This document shows positions 1 through 11,749 of a stretch of 64,000 nt of DNA, in pieces (the first letter of the stretch is position 1; each line of letters opens with the position of its first letter). Under the pieces are notes generated by a model. The model worked only from the letters and a program-made list of their open reading frames with translations, did not search any database and was not told the DNA's origin. The stretch covers positions 26,538,001 through 26,602,000 of the forward strand of contig NC_058369.1 of NCBI RefSeq assembly GCF_018350175.1, in the 5' to 3' direction. The translations under genes and the position numbers were made by a program. This stretch comes from Felis catus (Eukaryota).

Positions 1-9
1 TTCAGCTGG

Positions 10-185
10 GTGATTAAGACCTGGAGTCAGCCAGATCTGGGTTCAAATCTATTGGCTGTGTAACCTTGGGCAAGTTGCCTAACCTCTCTGAATTTCCATG
101 TCTTACCTCCATACGGAGTCCATAGCTCCATTCTAGCATCGGGGTGAGGCCGAATGACATAGCACACAGTGAATGCTCTGTAACA
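10..185 (+). mobile_element. MIR
   Basis: ctggagtcag...ctgggttcaaatc...ggctgtgtaaccttgggcaagttgcctaacctctctga core. Confidence 0.8.
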
Positions 186-1961
186 GCTCTTGGTGTTACT
201 GATGCCTGTGTTCGTCTTTGGGCTTTGTGAGGGGAGGAGAGGGAGGCCCCAAGCTAAGCCTGTCTCATTGGACACTAGTCACAGAGGTCGTCTCCTGCAG
301 TGGCCCATTTCAGGGAAGAGAGAACCAGCAGGTTTCAGCCAGATGGGCTGCAGCCAGGGCCAGTTCCTGCCCTTCCCACTGGGGTGAGGGGTGGGGGTGT
401 GCGTGGAGATTAGGTGAAACAGGCCCTGTAGACTGAGACCCCTACGGTCATCTGCTGGCATGCCCTCCCTGTAGGAAGCGGCCGCCAATGCAGTGAGTCA
501 GGTCTTGCTGTCCTTCTCAAGACTGGAGGAGGCGTGCCCTGCTTGGCCTCCTGCCCCTCCCAGGCCCCGCTTTTCCTGGGCTGCCTTCCGACCTCCCACT
601 CTGGGTGAGGCTCCATTTTTGCTTTAGGCTTTGACCTTTCCCCTGACTCGGCAGGATTTCTTGGCAGAAGGGGAATGTCTCCCTAGGAGTCCTATCCTAC
701 CCTGTCACTTCCTGTGTTCATGTGGTCATGACACACACACAAGCTTGACCTTTTCCTTCCGGAGCATCTGCTGTGCCCTTTTTTCCACCTGCCCTGACCT
801 TTGTCCCAGGAAGTAGCTCTTAGATTCAGGGAAATGGCCTTCGCTCTCCAGCTAAGAGCCAGAGGCAGAGAGAGAGGAGGGTCTTGGCTGGGGCAGACCA
901 CCTGGTCCTTACTCCACCCCTGTAAACCCACCCCTCCTGAAATGTGTCCCTGTTTCAGGCATGGCTAGAAGTTGGTCTTCCTGCTGGAGATGCAGGGTAG
1001 TGAGGCTGTGGGCCTTCCTCCAGGTCTCCTTGCCCCCAGCCTCCCTGCTCCAAGCTGGAAGGAAGTTTCTGGAATGCAGGGCTGGACCCTCATGCCCTCC
1101 TCAAAGCCTTTCTGAGGCTCCCTATTGACTTTAGCTTCAAGCTCACACTTCTTAGAAGGCTTAGCCCCTCATCCTCTCGCCCTGCCTGCCTCCCCTCCAT
1201 ACCTGTCATCCTGCCCGCTTCTCTGTGTAGCCAGGAAGACCCTGTGTGGCCCCCAAGCCCTCTTCCCTTCTTCTCCCTTCTCTGCTTCCTCTACAGTGTT
1301 GCCCCTGCCTCGAAGGAGCCTCCCCCACTTTTTCCCTGGTCAACCCCCATGATCCTTCAGGCCTCAGCTGACCAGCACCTCCCTCTGGAAGCCTCCCCTG
1401 ACTACCCCCATCCCCAGCTGTATGTCCCAGCTTTCAGAGCTGTGCTTCCTCCTTCTTCATAGATGTTCACCACATTGTAGTGGTTGTCAACTCCATGGAC
1501 AGGCCAGGACCTGTCCTTCTAGTTCATGGCTGACCCCTAGTGGTTCTGTACAGGGCCTGGCCCACAGTAGCTGCTGACAGTATTTGATGAATGAGTGAAT
1601 GAAGGTGGGCAATCAGCTCATGATCTCACGTTGTTGTTGGTTGTCCCTCAGGGTTTCGTGTGTGTTGGTTTAGGCCGCATGGATGGGCCTTGAGGATGGG
1701 CTCATGTTTCATAGGAGAAGTGTATCTTCCTGAGGTAGTTGCTCACGGTGGGGGCCTGGTCAAGACTCTGGTGGGTGGGACCAGGTCTTTTAGACCTTCT
1801 GTCCCTTGGGCTTTCCCTCTGGAGCACTGCTGGATGGCCCCAGGTGTGTAGTAGGAGCTGAGCCAGTGTTGGTTGAATGAATGTGGAACTACCTCCCCCC
1901 GCCCCCGCCCCAGTCCTAAGAGCATGGAGGGGGCTGTCTGGGGGATAGGTCAGCAGCTCAC

Positions 1962-2020
1962 CGTTCACCAGGGCAATGTTCAGGCCTCTGCCCACGTTGT
2001 TTTTCACAGGACTCATGATC
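1962..2020 (-). CDS. FAM3D: FAM3D coding exon (exon 6), (V)IMSPVKNNVGRGLNIALVN(G)
   Basis: Acceptor tttctcttcttctttgtcag ending at 2021, donor G|gtgagc at 1961. 59 nt, phase 2-1, hallmark FAM3 motif; contained in ORF 1702..2118. Confidence 0.97.
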
Positions 2021-2479
2021 CTGACAAAGAAGAAGAGAAAATACAACAGTTGGACCCAAACGTGGAACGAACACTCTGCTTTTGTGACTCGGGAACTCCG
2101 AGAGGGCCCACATGGCACTCTGCAGAAGCATCAGGAAGCACACAGAATAATTTGGGCCATCTGTTTTCTCCTGGAAACAAGCGGTGGGCTGGATTCTCTG
2201 AGGAATTCTCATGGCATGTTTGGACCAGAACAGTCTGCTCAGAAAAGAGAGAAGGTCCCTGCCTGGGGCTCTGAGGTGTTGGAGGTGGGACCAGGCTACC
2301 TCCCCAAGCAGTGAAGCCCGGCTGCTGGGAAGAAGGCAGAACCCAGAACATTGCTGCCGTCCTGCAGCCAGGGATCGCTGCGTAGAGCCCAGCTGTGGCC
2401 CTACCTGCCCAGCATCCACACCCCAGTCCTCTGGCTCTCTTGGGAAAACTGTCCTGTACTCTCAGACCAGGTAGTTCTT

Positions 2480-2900
2480 GGGACTCACCTCAGTCTCCCA
2501 GGCCTGGACAAATAGAGCATCCTGTCCTCTGGTCACAGTGATTGAGCCTGGTGTGGCCATGTGACCCAGGCCAGCCAATGAAACTCAGTCTTGGGCCTTT
2601 TGCAGGGATAATTTGGGTGGGAGAAAGCTGTCTTCCCAGTGGGGTGCCAGCCTGGGCTAATATGCCAGCCAACCAGTGGCCTCCCTCCTTTACATGAAGC
2701 AGCCCATTCTCATGTCCCAAAAACTGAATCTAACAGAGGAGAACAGAGCTAAAGATGGTATGAAAGGGACCCTTGATGACGTGGTTTGAACCCCTGGATC
2801 CAGCTGGTCCTGAAGCCCGCTGTCTCTGGCCTTTTGTATATATGAACTACTAAGTTCCTTGTTTTGCCTAAGTGAGCTGGAGTTTGGTTCAGAAACCTAA
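2480..2900 (+). mobile_element. Old MaLR LTR (MLT1J/K-like)
   Basis: tggtcacagtgattg...ggccatgtgacccagg...agccaatga...cccctggatccagc motifs. Confidence 0.65.
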
Positions 2901-3099
2901 AACATCTGTGTCTGGCTTCTTTAGTAGGATAAACTTACTGTCCCCAGGGCCTTTACTACCTGGCTTGGATAATGGGTACACAGTATTTCTCTTGAACCTA
3001 AGTAGAAGTCTTGGCACCTGCTGCATCTGAACTTTGGTGCCTAGATCTTGACTTTGAACCCTCCCCAGAGGCATCCCCCTTTATAGGAAGCCCAGCAGT

Positions 3100-3265
3100 C
3101 TGGGTATCACACAGACCTGAGTTCAAATCCTGACTCTACCACCAGTTAGCTGGGTAATGCTGTCTGAGCCTCAGTTTCCTCATCAATTATAGTCCCACCT
3201 CTGGGAGTGTTGGGGGATTAAATGAGATGAAGCCACAAAGCATCTCACAAGGTGCTGGCAGATGG
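3100..3265 (+). mobile_element. MIR
   Basis: agacctgagttcaaatcctgactctacca...tctgagcctcagtttcctcatc...ggattaaatgagatga. Confidence 0.8.
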
Positions 3266-3431
3266 AGATGCTGCTGGGACTATTGTTATTTGTGACTCAT
3301 CCACCCAGAGTAAAAGGAAGCCAGTTGAAGGTATGGGCTGCTTTCAGGGCCTGTCCTTGCAGCTTCTGACTTTGTGAATGAATGCATGAGTGAATGGAAA
3401 GAAAAAAAAAAAAAAAACACAAGACACTTAC

Positions 3432-3549
3432 ACCTGGTTTTCGAAGCACATGGTGGGGCCCACGACGTTAGCAGCCCCGCTGCTGATTTTAAAGGCGAAG
3501 AACTCTTTGGGGCAGGGCTTAGCGAGGCCACACTTGGCCCTCACGACTG
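3432..3549 (-). CDS. FAM3D: FAM3D coding exon (exon 5), (P)VVRAKCGLAKPCPKEFFAFKISSGAANVVGPTMCFENQ(V)
   Basis: Acceptor gttgctctgttccctcaacag|cag, donor GT|gtaagt at 3431. 118 nt with three conserved FAM3 cysteines. This frame is not listed in the ORF track. Confidence 0.96.
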
Positions 3550-4163
3550 CTGTTGAGGGAACAGAGCAACTTTAGCACTAGCAGCTCAGGAAGGGACCCG
3601 GGAGGGGGAGGGGCCCGGGATCAGGCGCAGGACTGAGCTCAGAGGCCTCCTCCCCAAGGAGGCTTTGCTGACGGCCCGAGTCTGGGGGGTTTGCCCGTGT
3701 TCCCATGATGCCTCCAACAGTCCCTGTCAAAGATGTAGGACACTGGTCGTGTGGTCTGACCACCCTAGAATTCATTTTCGGGGTTCCCATGGCAGCTCTA
3801 GCCCCAGCCCAGTGCCTGACTCAGCACACAGCACCCCCAGAACTAGTGTGGAGGAAAGAGTGGTGGTTAATTACCACCCTGGTTATTACCAGGGTCGCTG
3901 TGATGAAGGGGTTCTCTTGAGAACCTCTCTCTAGGGCCACAGCAGCCTTTTGAGCTCCCAGAGGCCCCCTGTTGGCAACCTCCTGGGGGCCCCAGCATGG
4001 TGGGTAGGACGCCTCACCAGCCAGGTTCCCGAGTCTTCAACTTCCTTGTGTATCAACATCCTTATCTGTGAAATGGGATAAATAGGGTGCCTTTCCCACT
4101 GGGTTCTTGTGAGGAATAAGTGGGCACAGGTTGAGGCTCAAGACATATTGGGTAGTCTTCTTC

Positions 4164-4214
4164 TTTTGAAAAACTTTGTTTTAATTATTTACTGATTTTT
4201 GAGAGAGAGACAGA

Positions 4215-4246
<32 letters not shown>

Positions 4247-4383
4247 ATCCTAAGCAGGCTCTGTGCTGTGAGCATAATCTGTGCAGAGCCTGATGTGGGG
4301 CTCGAAACCACGAACCGTGAGATCATGACCTGAGCTGAGATCAAGGGTCAACCGCTTAACCGACTGAGCCACCCTGGCACCCC
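4164..4383 (-). mobile_element. CAN-SINE (older SINEC subfamily)
   Basis: GGGGTGCC head, (CT)n tract, A-rich tail; degenerate TSD tgggta(g/t)tcttctt. Confidence 0.9.
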
Positions 4384-6559
4384 TGGGTATTCTTCTTATC
4401 ACTCATTTAGTGATCATACTGAACACCTACTATGGGCCAGGCCCTGGGATACAATAAGGAACAGGCAGGTGGTTCTGGCCCTCTCTCACTCCGTGCTTAG
4501 AATCCACCGAGGATTCAGTACGTGGCACCTCTGATTATTGTGGCTGCCACTAAGACCTGTGCCTTCCCCGCGTGGGCCTCAGAGGGCAAACCCAGGGAGG
4601 GGTGAAAGGCAGGAAACGTATACAGGACCCCCAAACACAGCCGCTGAGCCACTCAGGCCTCAATCGACCCTTTGTGAGCTGGGACATCCGTCACCTGTGC
4701 TTTCAGCCTGGCAGGCTTTAATTTATATTAATGCCTTGTGTTTTTGTTTTTTTAATACCACCTGACAGGAAAATACCTTTAGGGAGGGCTGGGTAAACAC
4801 GGACTTAGAGAAAGTTCACCTGCAAAAGGAAGGCGGTGATTGGGCAGCCCCTCTCCTTCAGCCCTGTGCCAGGCATCTAGCTGAGCTATGGCAGTGCCTG
4901 CTTGGAGCAAACCCACAGGCTTCCTAGGAGAAGCTGGCACATGCCGATGGCTTGCTGCGTGCTGGGCACTGTGGCAAGCACTTCACATTGATTATCTTGT
5001 TAAATTGTGCCTGTAACTCCTATGCCTGGCATATAGTAGGCACTCAATAAATATTCACTGAATAAACCCACAGAGCATGTGGGCAGGGTGATTAGGGGCT
5101 CCAGGGCCCTTGGCAGCCTAGAGGGAGCCTTTATGTGTATCAGGGCAAAGGGCCCCTCCAGAGGGGACACAACCCACTGGCACAAGGCTTGGCAAGCCCA
5201 TGACACCTCTAAGTAAGTAAATGTGCTCCTTCCTAGGAGTGAATGCCACCCACCCCAGGATGCCCTGCTGCATTTCAGCTCACACGCCTAGTGGGCAGCC
5301 CTGGAAGTCTGAGTGCAATGCCTGTCCTAGGCTCCCTGCCCTGCCCCCCGCCCCAACCCGGAGTTTCAACACACCCAGAGCTCAAACCAGGACATTGTCC
5401 CCAGAGTGAAGGCCAGGGATGGAGACACCCACAAGGGGCTGTCCAGGCCTGTGACTCAGGACAGAGAGGGCTGGAGACATGGACCCGACTCCCTTTCCCC
5501 ACCTCCTGGAGGGGACCCTTCTCAAGAGGCCTAGCACCTGCCTGCGGGGCTGGCTGAGGATGAGGCGGGGGAGGGGTCCTCCTCTCCTATGAGTCTTGGG
5601 GCCCAACCTCTGGCCCCCGGGCCCCTCATGGGAAGGCCAGTTTACTCTTGAGACGAGAGGTTCTCACCTATGCTGGAGGGATTGTTCCAGGCCCCGGCCA
5701 CCACCTTAGAGTGTGCCCAGAGCCTAATCAACTGCAGCTAAGTCTGATAAACCTGATGTCAACAGGCTGGCTTAAGCAGGCTTTTCTGGAATTGATTTTC
5801 TGACCATCCAGCCTTCACAGCCAAGCTACTGGATGAAAGGGATGATGTCCAGGGGTCTGAGCCACCGGGAGGCAGGGGATTTGCTCTCTGGGTTTGGGTG
5901 GGGTTTGTTGCCCCCACCAGCCGCCTCAAACCCTGAGGCCTGAGCCCTCTGGGAACCCCTAGTGCTGTTGGTGAGGTCATGGAGCTCAGCCCTGGAAGGG
6001 GAGCAGTCAGGAACTGTGGGCTGCTCTTCAGTAATCTGCGGTGCGACTTGCCAGAAATCTCTCCCTTTACCTTTGCTGACTGTAAAATTGGGAGTTGGTT
6101 TAGATCAGGGTTGTCAAATAGCTTTTCTCTTTAATGTCAGTGGATCTGCTGTTAGAGGCTTAATGATAAAGCTGTAGAGGCTGCCTGTGGGCCTGGAGGG
6201 AGAGGGTGCTGGGATTGACCGGTCATGTCGACCAGGGGAGCGGGCAGGGCGGGAGGCAGCACGTGGGCCTGGATTTGCCATCCTCTAGCAGGTGACGCCT
6301 GAGCGTTTGGACCAAGGTGTCGTGACACTGTGTCTACTGCAGGATGTGACTCAGGAAGTTTCAGGTCAATGGAGTTGAGGGTGTGGGGCAAATGGTTCGT
6401 GTTGGTCCATACGGTCTTTGCTCTCTGTAATCCCACAGTGCACCGGGGCTCTTATGTCCTTCTCAGTCAAAATTCTGTTCCTGGAACCACCTCCCTCTTC
6501 AGTCACTACTATGTCGAGGTGCAAGAAGGTGGGCCTGGGAATGTGGCCTCTCGCAAGGA

Positions 6560-6765
6560 GGTGTTGAGACCGTGGGCTCTGGACCACCACATACAGCTGT
6601 GTTGCCTTGGCCAAGAGATTTCACTTCTCTGAGTTTCAGTTTGCCCATCTGTAAAATGGGGATGATTATACAGCACCCACACAAGGCTGTGGTGAGGATT
6701 GCAGGAGATGCCTGTAAAGCTCTGAACATGGGGTCTGGCACATAGTAGGCCTTCCATCATGGTAC
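6560..6765 (+). mobile_element. MIR
   Basis: cacttctctgagtttcagtttgcccatctgtaaaatggggatgat...gtgaggatt...tctggcacatagtagg. Confidence 0.8.
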
Positions 6766-7466
6766 TATTATCATCATCATTACTGTCCTTACTCCCACCT
6801 TCTCCACACTTCGGGAGCTTGGGTCCTGGCCAAAGCCCTGCTCAGACGTGTGCAGTGTCCCACATTTGGGGCCTCAGCCACGGGCTCCCCTGCAGCCCCA
6901 CACATTCCTGCCTCTAGGCCTTTGCCATTCCCTCTTCTCTGATGCCTTCCATGACCCCATCTCATTGGAAGGGGGCAGCCCTCCTGGAGCCCAGAACACT
7001 TTGCCCCATCTCTCTTGGCATGTTTGGCACTTCTACCCAACAGACAATCAACACCCACTTCTGTTTGCCCCTGGGGGCCTCTGTAGTGCCCGACATGGCC
7101 CCTCATACTTGGTAACAGGAACTGTGAGTCAAGCCTGGGGTCCTTGCATGATGATAATAAGCACAGCCCCCATCTTCTGGCCCAGGGGCCCAGTGGGGAG
7201 GCGGCTGTGCTCGGCCAGGTGCCATGACGGGGAGGCAATCCGGACTGTAGGGTGAGGGGACTGGGGAAGGGAGAGTTGAGCCATAGAGTTGAGAATCTAT
7301 CAGTGGGCCACAAGGCTCGGGGGCTTCGGAAGGCAACATTGGGCCATGGGAGGAGAGAGCTGGGCAGACTCTGGACACAAAGATGTTTCCAGGACCTGCA
7401 GGGCTGGGAATAGCAGCCCTGGGACATCTCACCCTAAAGCAAAGGCAGGGCTGGGGTGATACTCAC

Positions 7467-7487
7467 GGATCTCCTTGGTGACCAAAC
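7467..7487 (-). CDS. FAM3D: FAM3D 21-nt microexon (exon 4), (S)LVTKEI(P)
   Basis: Acceptor tctgtcttctctccggcag, donor C|gtgagt at 7466. Phase 1-1, so frame is kept between exons 3 and 5; TKEI matches recalled human ASPTKEIQ. Confidence 0.88.
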
Positions 7488-7650
7488 CTGCCGGAGAGAA
7501 GACAGATCTGGTTAGCTTTGGGTGCTCCCTGCTGGAGGCTGGGGTGTGGGGTGTGGGGCATGGCATTGGCCTGGCCAAGGGATCCTCCTCCCCTGCAGGA
7601 TGTCCCGCCCTTTCAGGGAGCCCTCGCTCACTTGCCACTGCTACCCCTTT

Positions 7651-7674
7651 ACACACACACACACACACACACAC
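7651..7674 (+). repeat. (AC)12 microsatellite
   Basis: Direct reading. Confidence 0.95.
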
Positions 7675-7689
7675 AGCACTTCCTACTCT

Positions 7690-7863
7690 AACAGAGCATG
7701 TTATTAAATGCATAAAATAAAATAGATTAGAAAGGAAACCAACTGTATATCAATACAGAAATAAAACATTAAAAAATAAATTTGTGCTGTGGTAATATAT
7801 GTGCTTCTATATTAATGCATTAAATAATAAGGTGGGGTGTGTGCAGCCAGGCTAGGAACCCCT
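7690..7863 (+). mobile_element. MER119-like fragment
   Basis: aaatgcataaaataaaata...aaaggaaaccaa...aaatttgtg...taatatatgtgctt is similar to 61650-61830; ends ccaggctaggaacccctg. Confidence 0.6.
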
Positions 7864-8149
7864 GAAGACAATGAATGTTGTCTTTCAGTGGCTGAACATT
7901 AATGGTTTTCGATGACCACTGTTCCCACTGGTGACATTTTCTGTCACCGTAAGCATTTCTTGAGACTCTGGATCATGTTCATGCACTTCTGTATATTCTG
8001 TAATTAAGTCTGTTTGTCTCCCCAACTCAGACCATGAGTGGGGGCCACATGTTAGGTCCCTGGGACCTAACACAGAATAGTTGCTCCATGATTGTTGGTT
8101 GGAGGTATTGATTTACCTCAGGTAGCTGACTTCCGGGGTATCCTTCCTT

Positions 8150-8337
8150 TCTTTCCTTCTTTCTTTTTCCAAGTTTATTTTCTTTATTTTGAAAGAAAGA
8201 GAAAGGGAGAATCCCAAGCAGGGAGCTGTCTGCATGTCAGCATGGAGACCGACAAAGGGCTCAATCTCACAACCGATGGTGACCTGAGCTGAAATCAAGA
8301 GTCAGATACTTAACTGACTGAGCCACCCAGGTGCCCC
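8150..8337 (-). mobile_element. CAN-SINE
   Basis: Ends ...gactgagccacccaggtgcccc on +; TSD ggggt(a/t)tcctt. Confidence 0.9.
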
Positions 8338-8974
8338 TGGGGTTTCCTTTCAAACACTGTTCTCTTTCTCACCTCAGGCTTGGGCTGTCTCTTTTAGAGG
8401 ACACACCTGATCTCCACTCCTGCTCTGAGCCTCCTGTACTGACCTGGGCCCATCCCTTCCCAGGCTGTCGGTACAGCCGAGTCAATCTGTATGAAAGCAG
8501 TGTCCAGGGACATGTTGGCCACCATGAATCTATATAAATCATCTTGACATGGGTGTGAGCCATGCTTGACAAGAAGTGTATGAGGTGAGGGATCTCGGAG
8601 ACTCCTCTGTGGGATGACTGGCTTCTCACAGCTGTGAAGTTGTGAGCTAGCCTGGGCCACTAGAGGTTATTATGTTTGATTGTGTCAATGGAGGTGGTTC
8701 TCTGAATCCAAGGAGAACAAATGCAGAGGCATAGATAGCTGCCTTTTCTCTCCTTCCTTTAAAAGAATTTGGACCTGTGAGACCACAGTTCCCATTCCTC
8801 CTGACATCTACAGGGAGCATTTGGGCAAGTTTCTTAAGAAAAGAAGGAGATGAGGAAACTTACACCACACCATGAGGTCATGTATGAGTCCACTCCACAA
8901 CCAAATCTTGGATCACCTCATGGGGCATTTGTGCAGATTATATGAGATTATTCATGTAGGTAACTGGTATTGCT

Positions 8975-9107
8975 TTACTCATCCATCATCCCCCTCATCC
9001 ATCATCCACTCATCTGTTATCCACCCGTCCATCCGTCCATCCACCCATCTGTCACTCATTCATTACCCACCATCCATCACCTATCCATCCATCCATCCAT
9101 CCATCCA
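8975..9107 (+). repeat. Degenerate (CCAT)n repeat
   Basis: catccatccatccatccatccatt and variants. Confidence 0.9.
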
Positions 9108-9109
9108 TT

Positions 9110-9450
9110 TTTCTTTCACTCATCAAATGTTTACTGAGTATCTGCTCTGCACCAGGTGCTAGAGAAATGGATGTACACAAGATAAAATCCTTGCCTTCAG
9201 GAAGCTGACACTCTAGGGGCTGGTGATAGGCAACGACCAAGTAGACAAGTAAATAAACACTGGTGAAGCTCTAAAGGAAACAGGCTGACATGAGAGGCAA
9301 AAGTAGGACAAGGGGGTGTGGCTGCAGCTGGGGTGTGCAAGAAAGGCCTCTATGAGGAGGTCACATCTGAGCAGAGACCTGAAGTCTGAAAGGAGCTGGC
9401 TGCAGAGAGATGTGCAGAAAGAGTGTCCCGGGCAGAGGGAAAGCAGCTGC
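9110..9450 (-). mobile_element. L2 3' fragment
   Basis: cactcatcaaatgtttactgagtatctgctctgcaccagg...aaggcctctatgaggaggtcacatctgagcagagacctgaa. Similar L2 relics lie at ~1340-1600, 19310-19760, 28095-28247 and 38050-38650. Confidence 0.7.
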
Positions 9451-9832
9451 GGCTGGAAGCCACAATGCTCAGCTTTCTCCCTCTTGGCCTCCCTCTTGGC
9501 CTCCCTCTCTCCCTCCCTCCTTCCTCCCTTCTTTTCTTCCTCCCTCTGTCCTTCCTTCTCTTTCCTCTTTCTTCTTGGAATCACATTTCCAAAATGACCC
9601 CTTGATGTAGGTGCGTGTTTCGGCCAGGGCCTCGGAACACTTCCGTGTTCCCCATGGGCTCCAGCCTTCCCGACAGCCTCCACCCCCACAAAGGCTGGGA
9701 TCCCAAAGGCAGCCCACACCATGCCGTATCTGGTGGCCCATCTCCTGGGCCACCCGCGGACAGAGGGAGGAATATATCCTTGGCCCCGTCCTGGTCCATA
9801 GGCCCTACCCCCCAGGAGTGGGCCCCACTCAC

Positions 9833-9940
9833 TCAGCCAGCGGGGCAGACGGATAGTTTTCGCGTTTAAGCTGATGTAGCTGCGAATAAAGATCCATGTG
9901 GTGACCAGGGCAAAGATGAGGGCCAGGAAGCGAAGCACAC
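9833..9940 (-). CDS. FAM3D: FAM3D coding exon (exon 3), signal peptide/anchor (G)VLRFLALIFALVTTWIFIRSYISLNAKTIRLPRWL
   Basis: Acceptor atttccttgctctgcag ending at 9941, donor A|gtgagt at 9832. 108 nt, hydrophobic segment; this is the N-terminal part of ORF 9213..9965. Confidence 0.97.
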
Positions 9941-11059
9941 CTGCAGAGCAAGGAAATGCTGCCATGAAGCCACATCACAAGGCCAGATAGCAAGATTCTT
10001 ACCAAATCCCCACAGTGAGACCATGCCACGGGACCCCACTGAGGGACCCTGTGTTGTAGCTCCAGATCAAGGCCCACACCTTGGACCGATTCAGGGGACC
10101 ACGTGGTGAGACCACGTGTGAATCCATGCAGTGATCAAGTGGTGAGATCACGCTACAAGATTACATGGCAATATTTCCCAAAGTGAATCCACTGGGAGGA
10201 AAAGGTAGAAATGCACCTTCCGGGGCTCCGCTTAGCCATCCAGAGACAGAATCATTGAGGGTGAGGCCTGGAATCTGCACTTTGGAGGCTGGAGGGGTGT
10301 GTTGTGAAAACAGGAGGCAACTTCTACTGCAGACAGCCCTAAGAGGCGAGCCTCCCGGCAGGACGTGGAAGGCTGCGTCCAGGGCCCCGGGCGGCCAGTG
10401 CTGCTGTGTGATGTTGGGCGGACCTCAGGATCTTTGGGTAGGAGTGCCTCTGTCAGAGTGAACATGGTTCAACACCCTTGCCTCTGAGCCTGCAGCTTGT
10501 CGGGAGGGATGTGACAGTTGTCCCTGGTAGGCAGCCTCCAGGGTGGCTTGGGGCCGGCCTCCCGCACTTTCCATCACTCCCCCTGAAAGCCACCACAAAT
10601 AGCCACACAATGCTGTCTATAGAAATACACATGGCCTTGCTGCCACGGCTTCCCTGGCCTCGCGGCGATTGCTTCCGCATCAGTGGGGAGCAACCCCACA
10701 CACAGGACAGACCCCCGCCCCCACCCCCCACCCCTCTGAGCTCCGTGTCCTGTCTCTTCCCTTACTCTCCCACGAGGGTCAGAAGCGGGCTCCACTCTGC
10801 CTCCCAGCTCAGGGACCCTAGTGGCCCAGCCGTCATCAGGCCACGTTTCTCTAGCTCCACCCCTGACCTCCATGTGGCCCTGAAATCAACTCCATGGTCT
10901 CATGCTGGTTTCTGGCTACTTGGGGGTAGGGGAGAAGACTCCCTGGATCCTGGGGGGGCAGGGCTCAGGTCTGTGGGAGTCCCTCATCTTCTGGGGTGCA
11001 GTGTGACTGTAGGCACCCAGAATTCTCCCTGGGTATTATACAGTCATTTTGTTAGGGCA

Positions 11060-11255
11060 CCAGGAGAACAGCTTTTACATACATTATTTCAGTTCATCCT
11101 CACAATAAACTTCTGTGTTACATACTATTGACTATCCCCATTTTACAGATGAGGCAACTGAGGCTCAGAGAGGTGGTCACTTGGCTGGTAAGTGACAACG
11201 GTGGGGTTTGAACCCAGGGAAGTAAGCTAACTCTAAAATTTGTGCTCTTCCCTAC
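11060..11255 (-). mobile_element. MIR
   Basis: atccccattttacagatgaggcaactgaggctcagagagg...ggggtttgaacccagg. Confidence 0.8.
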
Positions 11256-11736
11256 AGCTGTTTGGGAATATAGATGAATTGTGTCCATTTCTTACTTGGT
11301 GCCTCAGTTTCCCTATTTGTACAGACAGAGTATAGCATGAGGGCGTGGATGAGAAGGCAAAAGCTACTCCTTGTGCCCAGCCCCATGATGTGAGGATTCT
11401 AGACTAGCCCTCCTTGAGACAAATATTTTGTCCCTAATTTCCTACCAGGATCAGGTATTTCCAAAACAGGGTCACTCCCTGTGATCCCAGCCAGATGGGG
11501 TCATCGTGCCAAGCTTCTCTGGTCCCTCAGCCTAGAGGCAGGAAGTCTCCTTTTCTCCTCTTCCAGGCTCCCCCTGGATGGGTTTCCTCCTGGAATTCTG
11601 GCCTGACCATTTGAGAGCACATATGGCCAAACAACCTGGGAGTCTAGGACTGCCTGCACTGCTGATCGAAAAATGATTCCCAAATCGATTTCAGACCTCA
11701 GCCTTGAGCCTAAGAATCCTCAGAGCCTGACCCTAC

Positions 11737-11749
11737 CTGACACTCTCAT
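11737..11749 (-). CDS. FAM3D: FAM3D start codon segment ATGAGAGTGTCAG (MRVS-G) within exon 2 (11737-11787)
   Basis: Acceptor gatttccttctctccacag ending at 11788, 38 nt of 5' UTR, ATG at 11749 with A at -3 (caagATG), donor CAG|gtaggg at 11736. Phase 1 fits exon 3. Confidence 0.93.

Noticed and set aside
1..1961. Further FAM3D exons (the GTTG...FDMYSG exon onward)
   Set aside because: No matching segment seen on the minus strand; these exons most likely lie beyond the window edge.
9213..9965. 250-aa ORF as a single-exon gene
   Set aside because: Only 9833-9940 is the FAM3D exon; the rest is intron read-through across a purine-rich tract and an L2 relic.
10090..10172. CRISPR-like repeat-spacer array here or at 22232 and 38133
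   Set aside because: Mammalian DNA, only two or a few degenerate units, no unique spacers and no cas genes.
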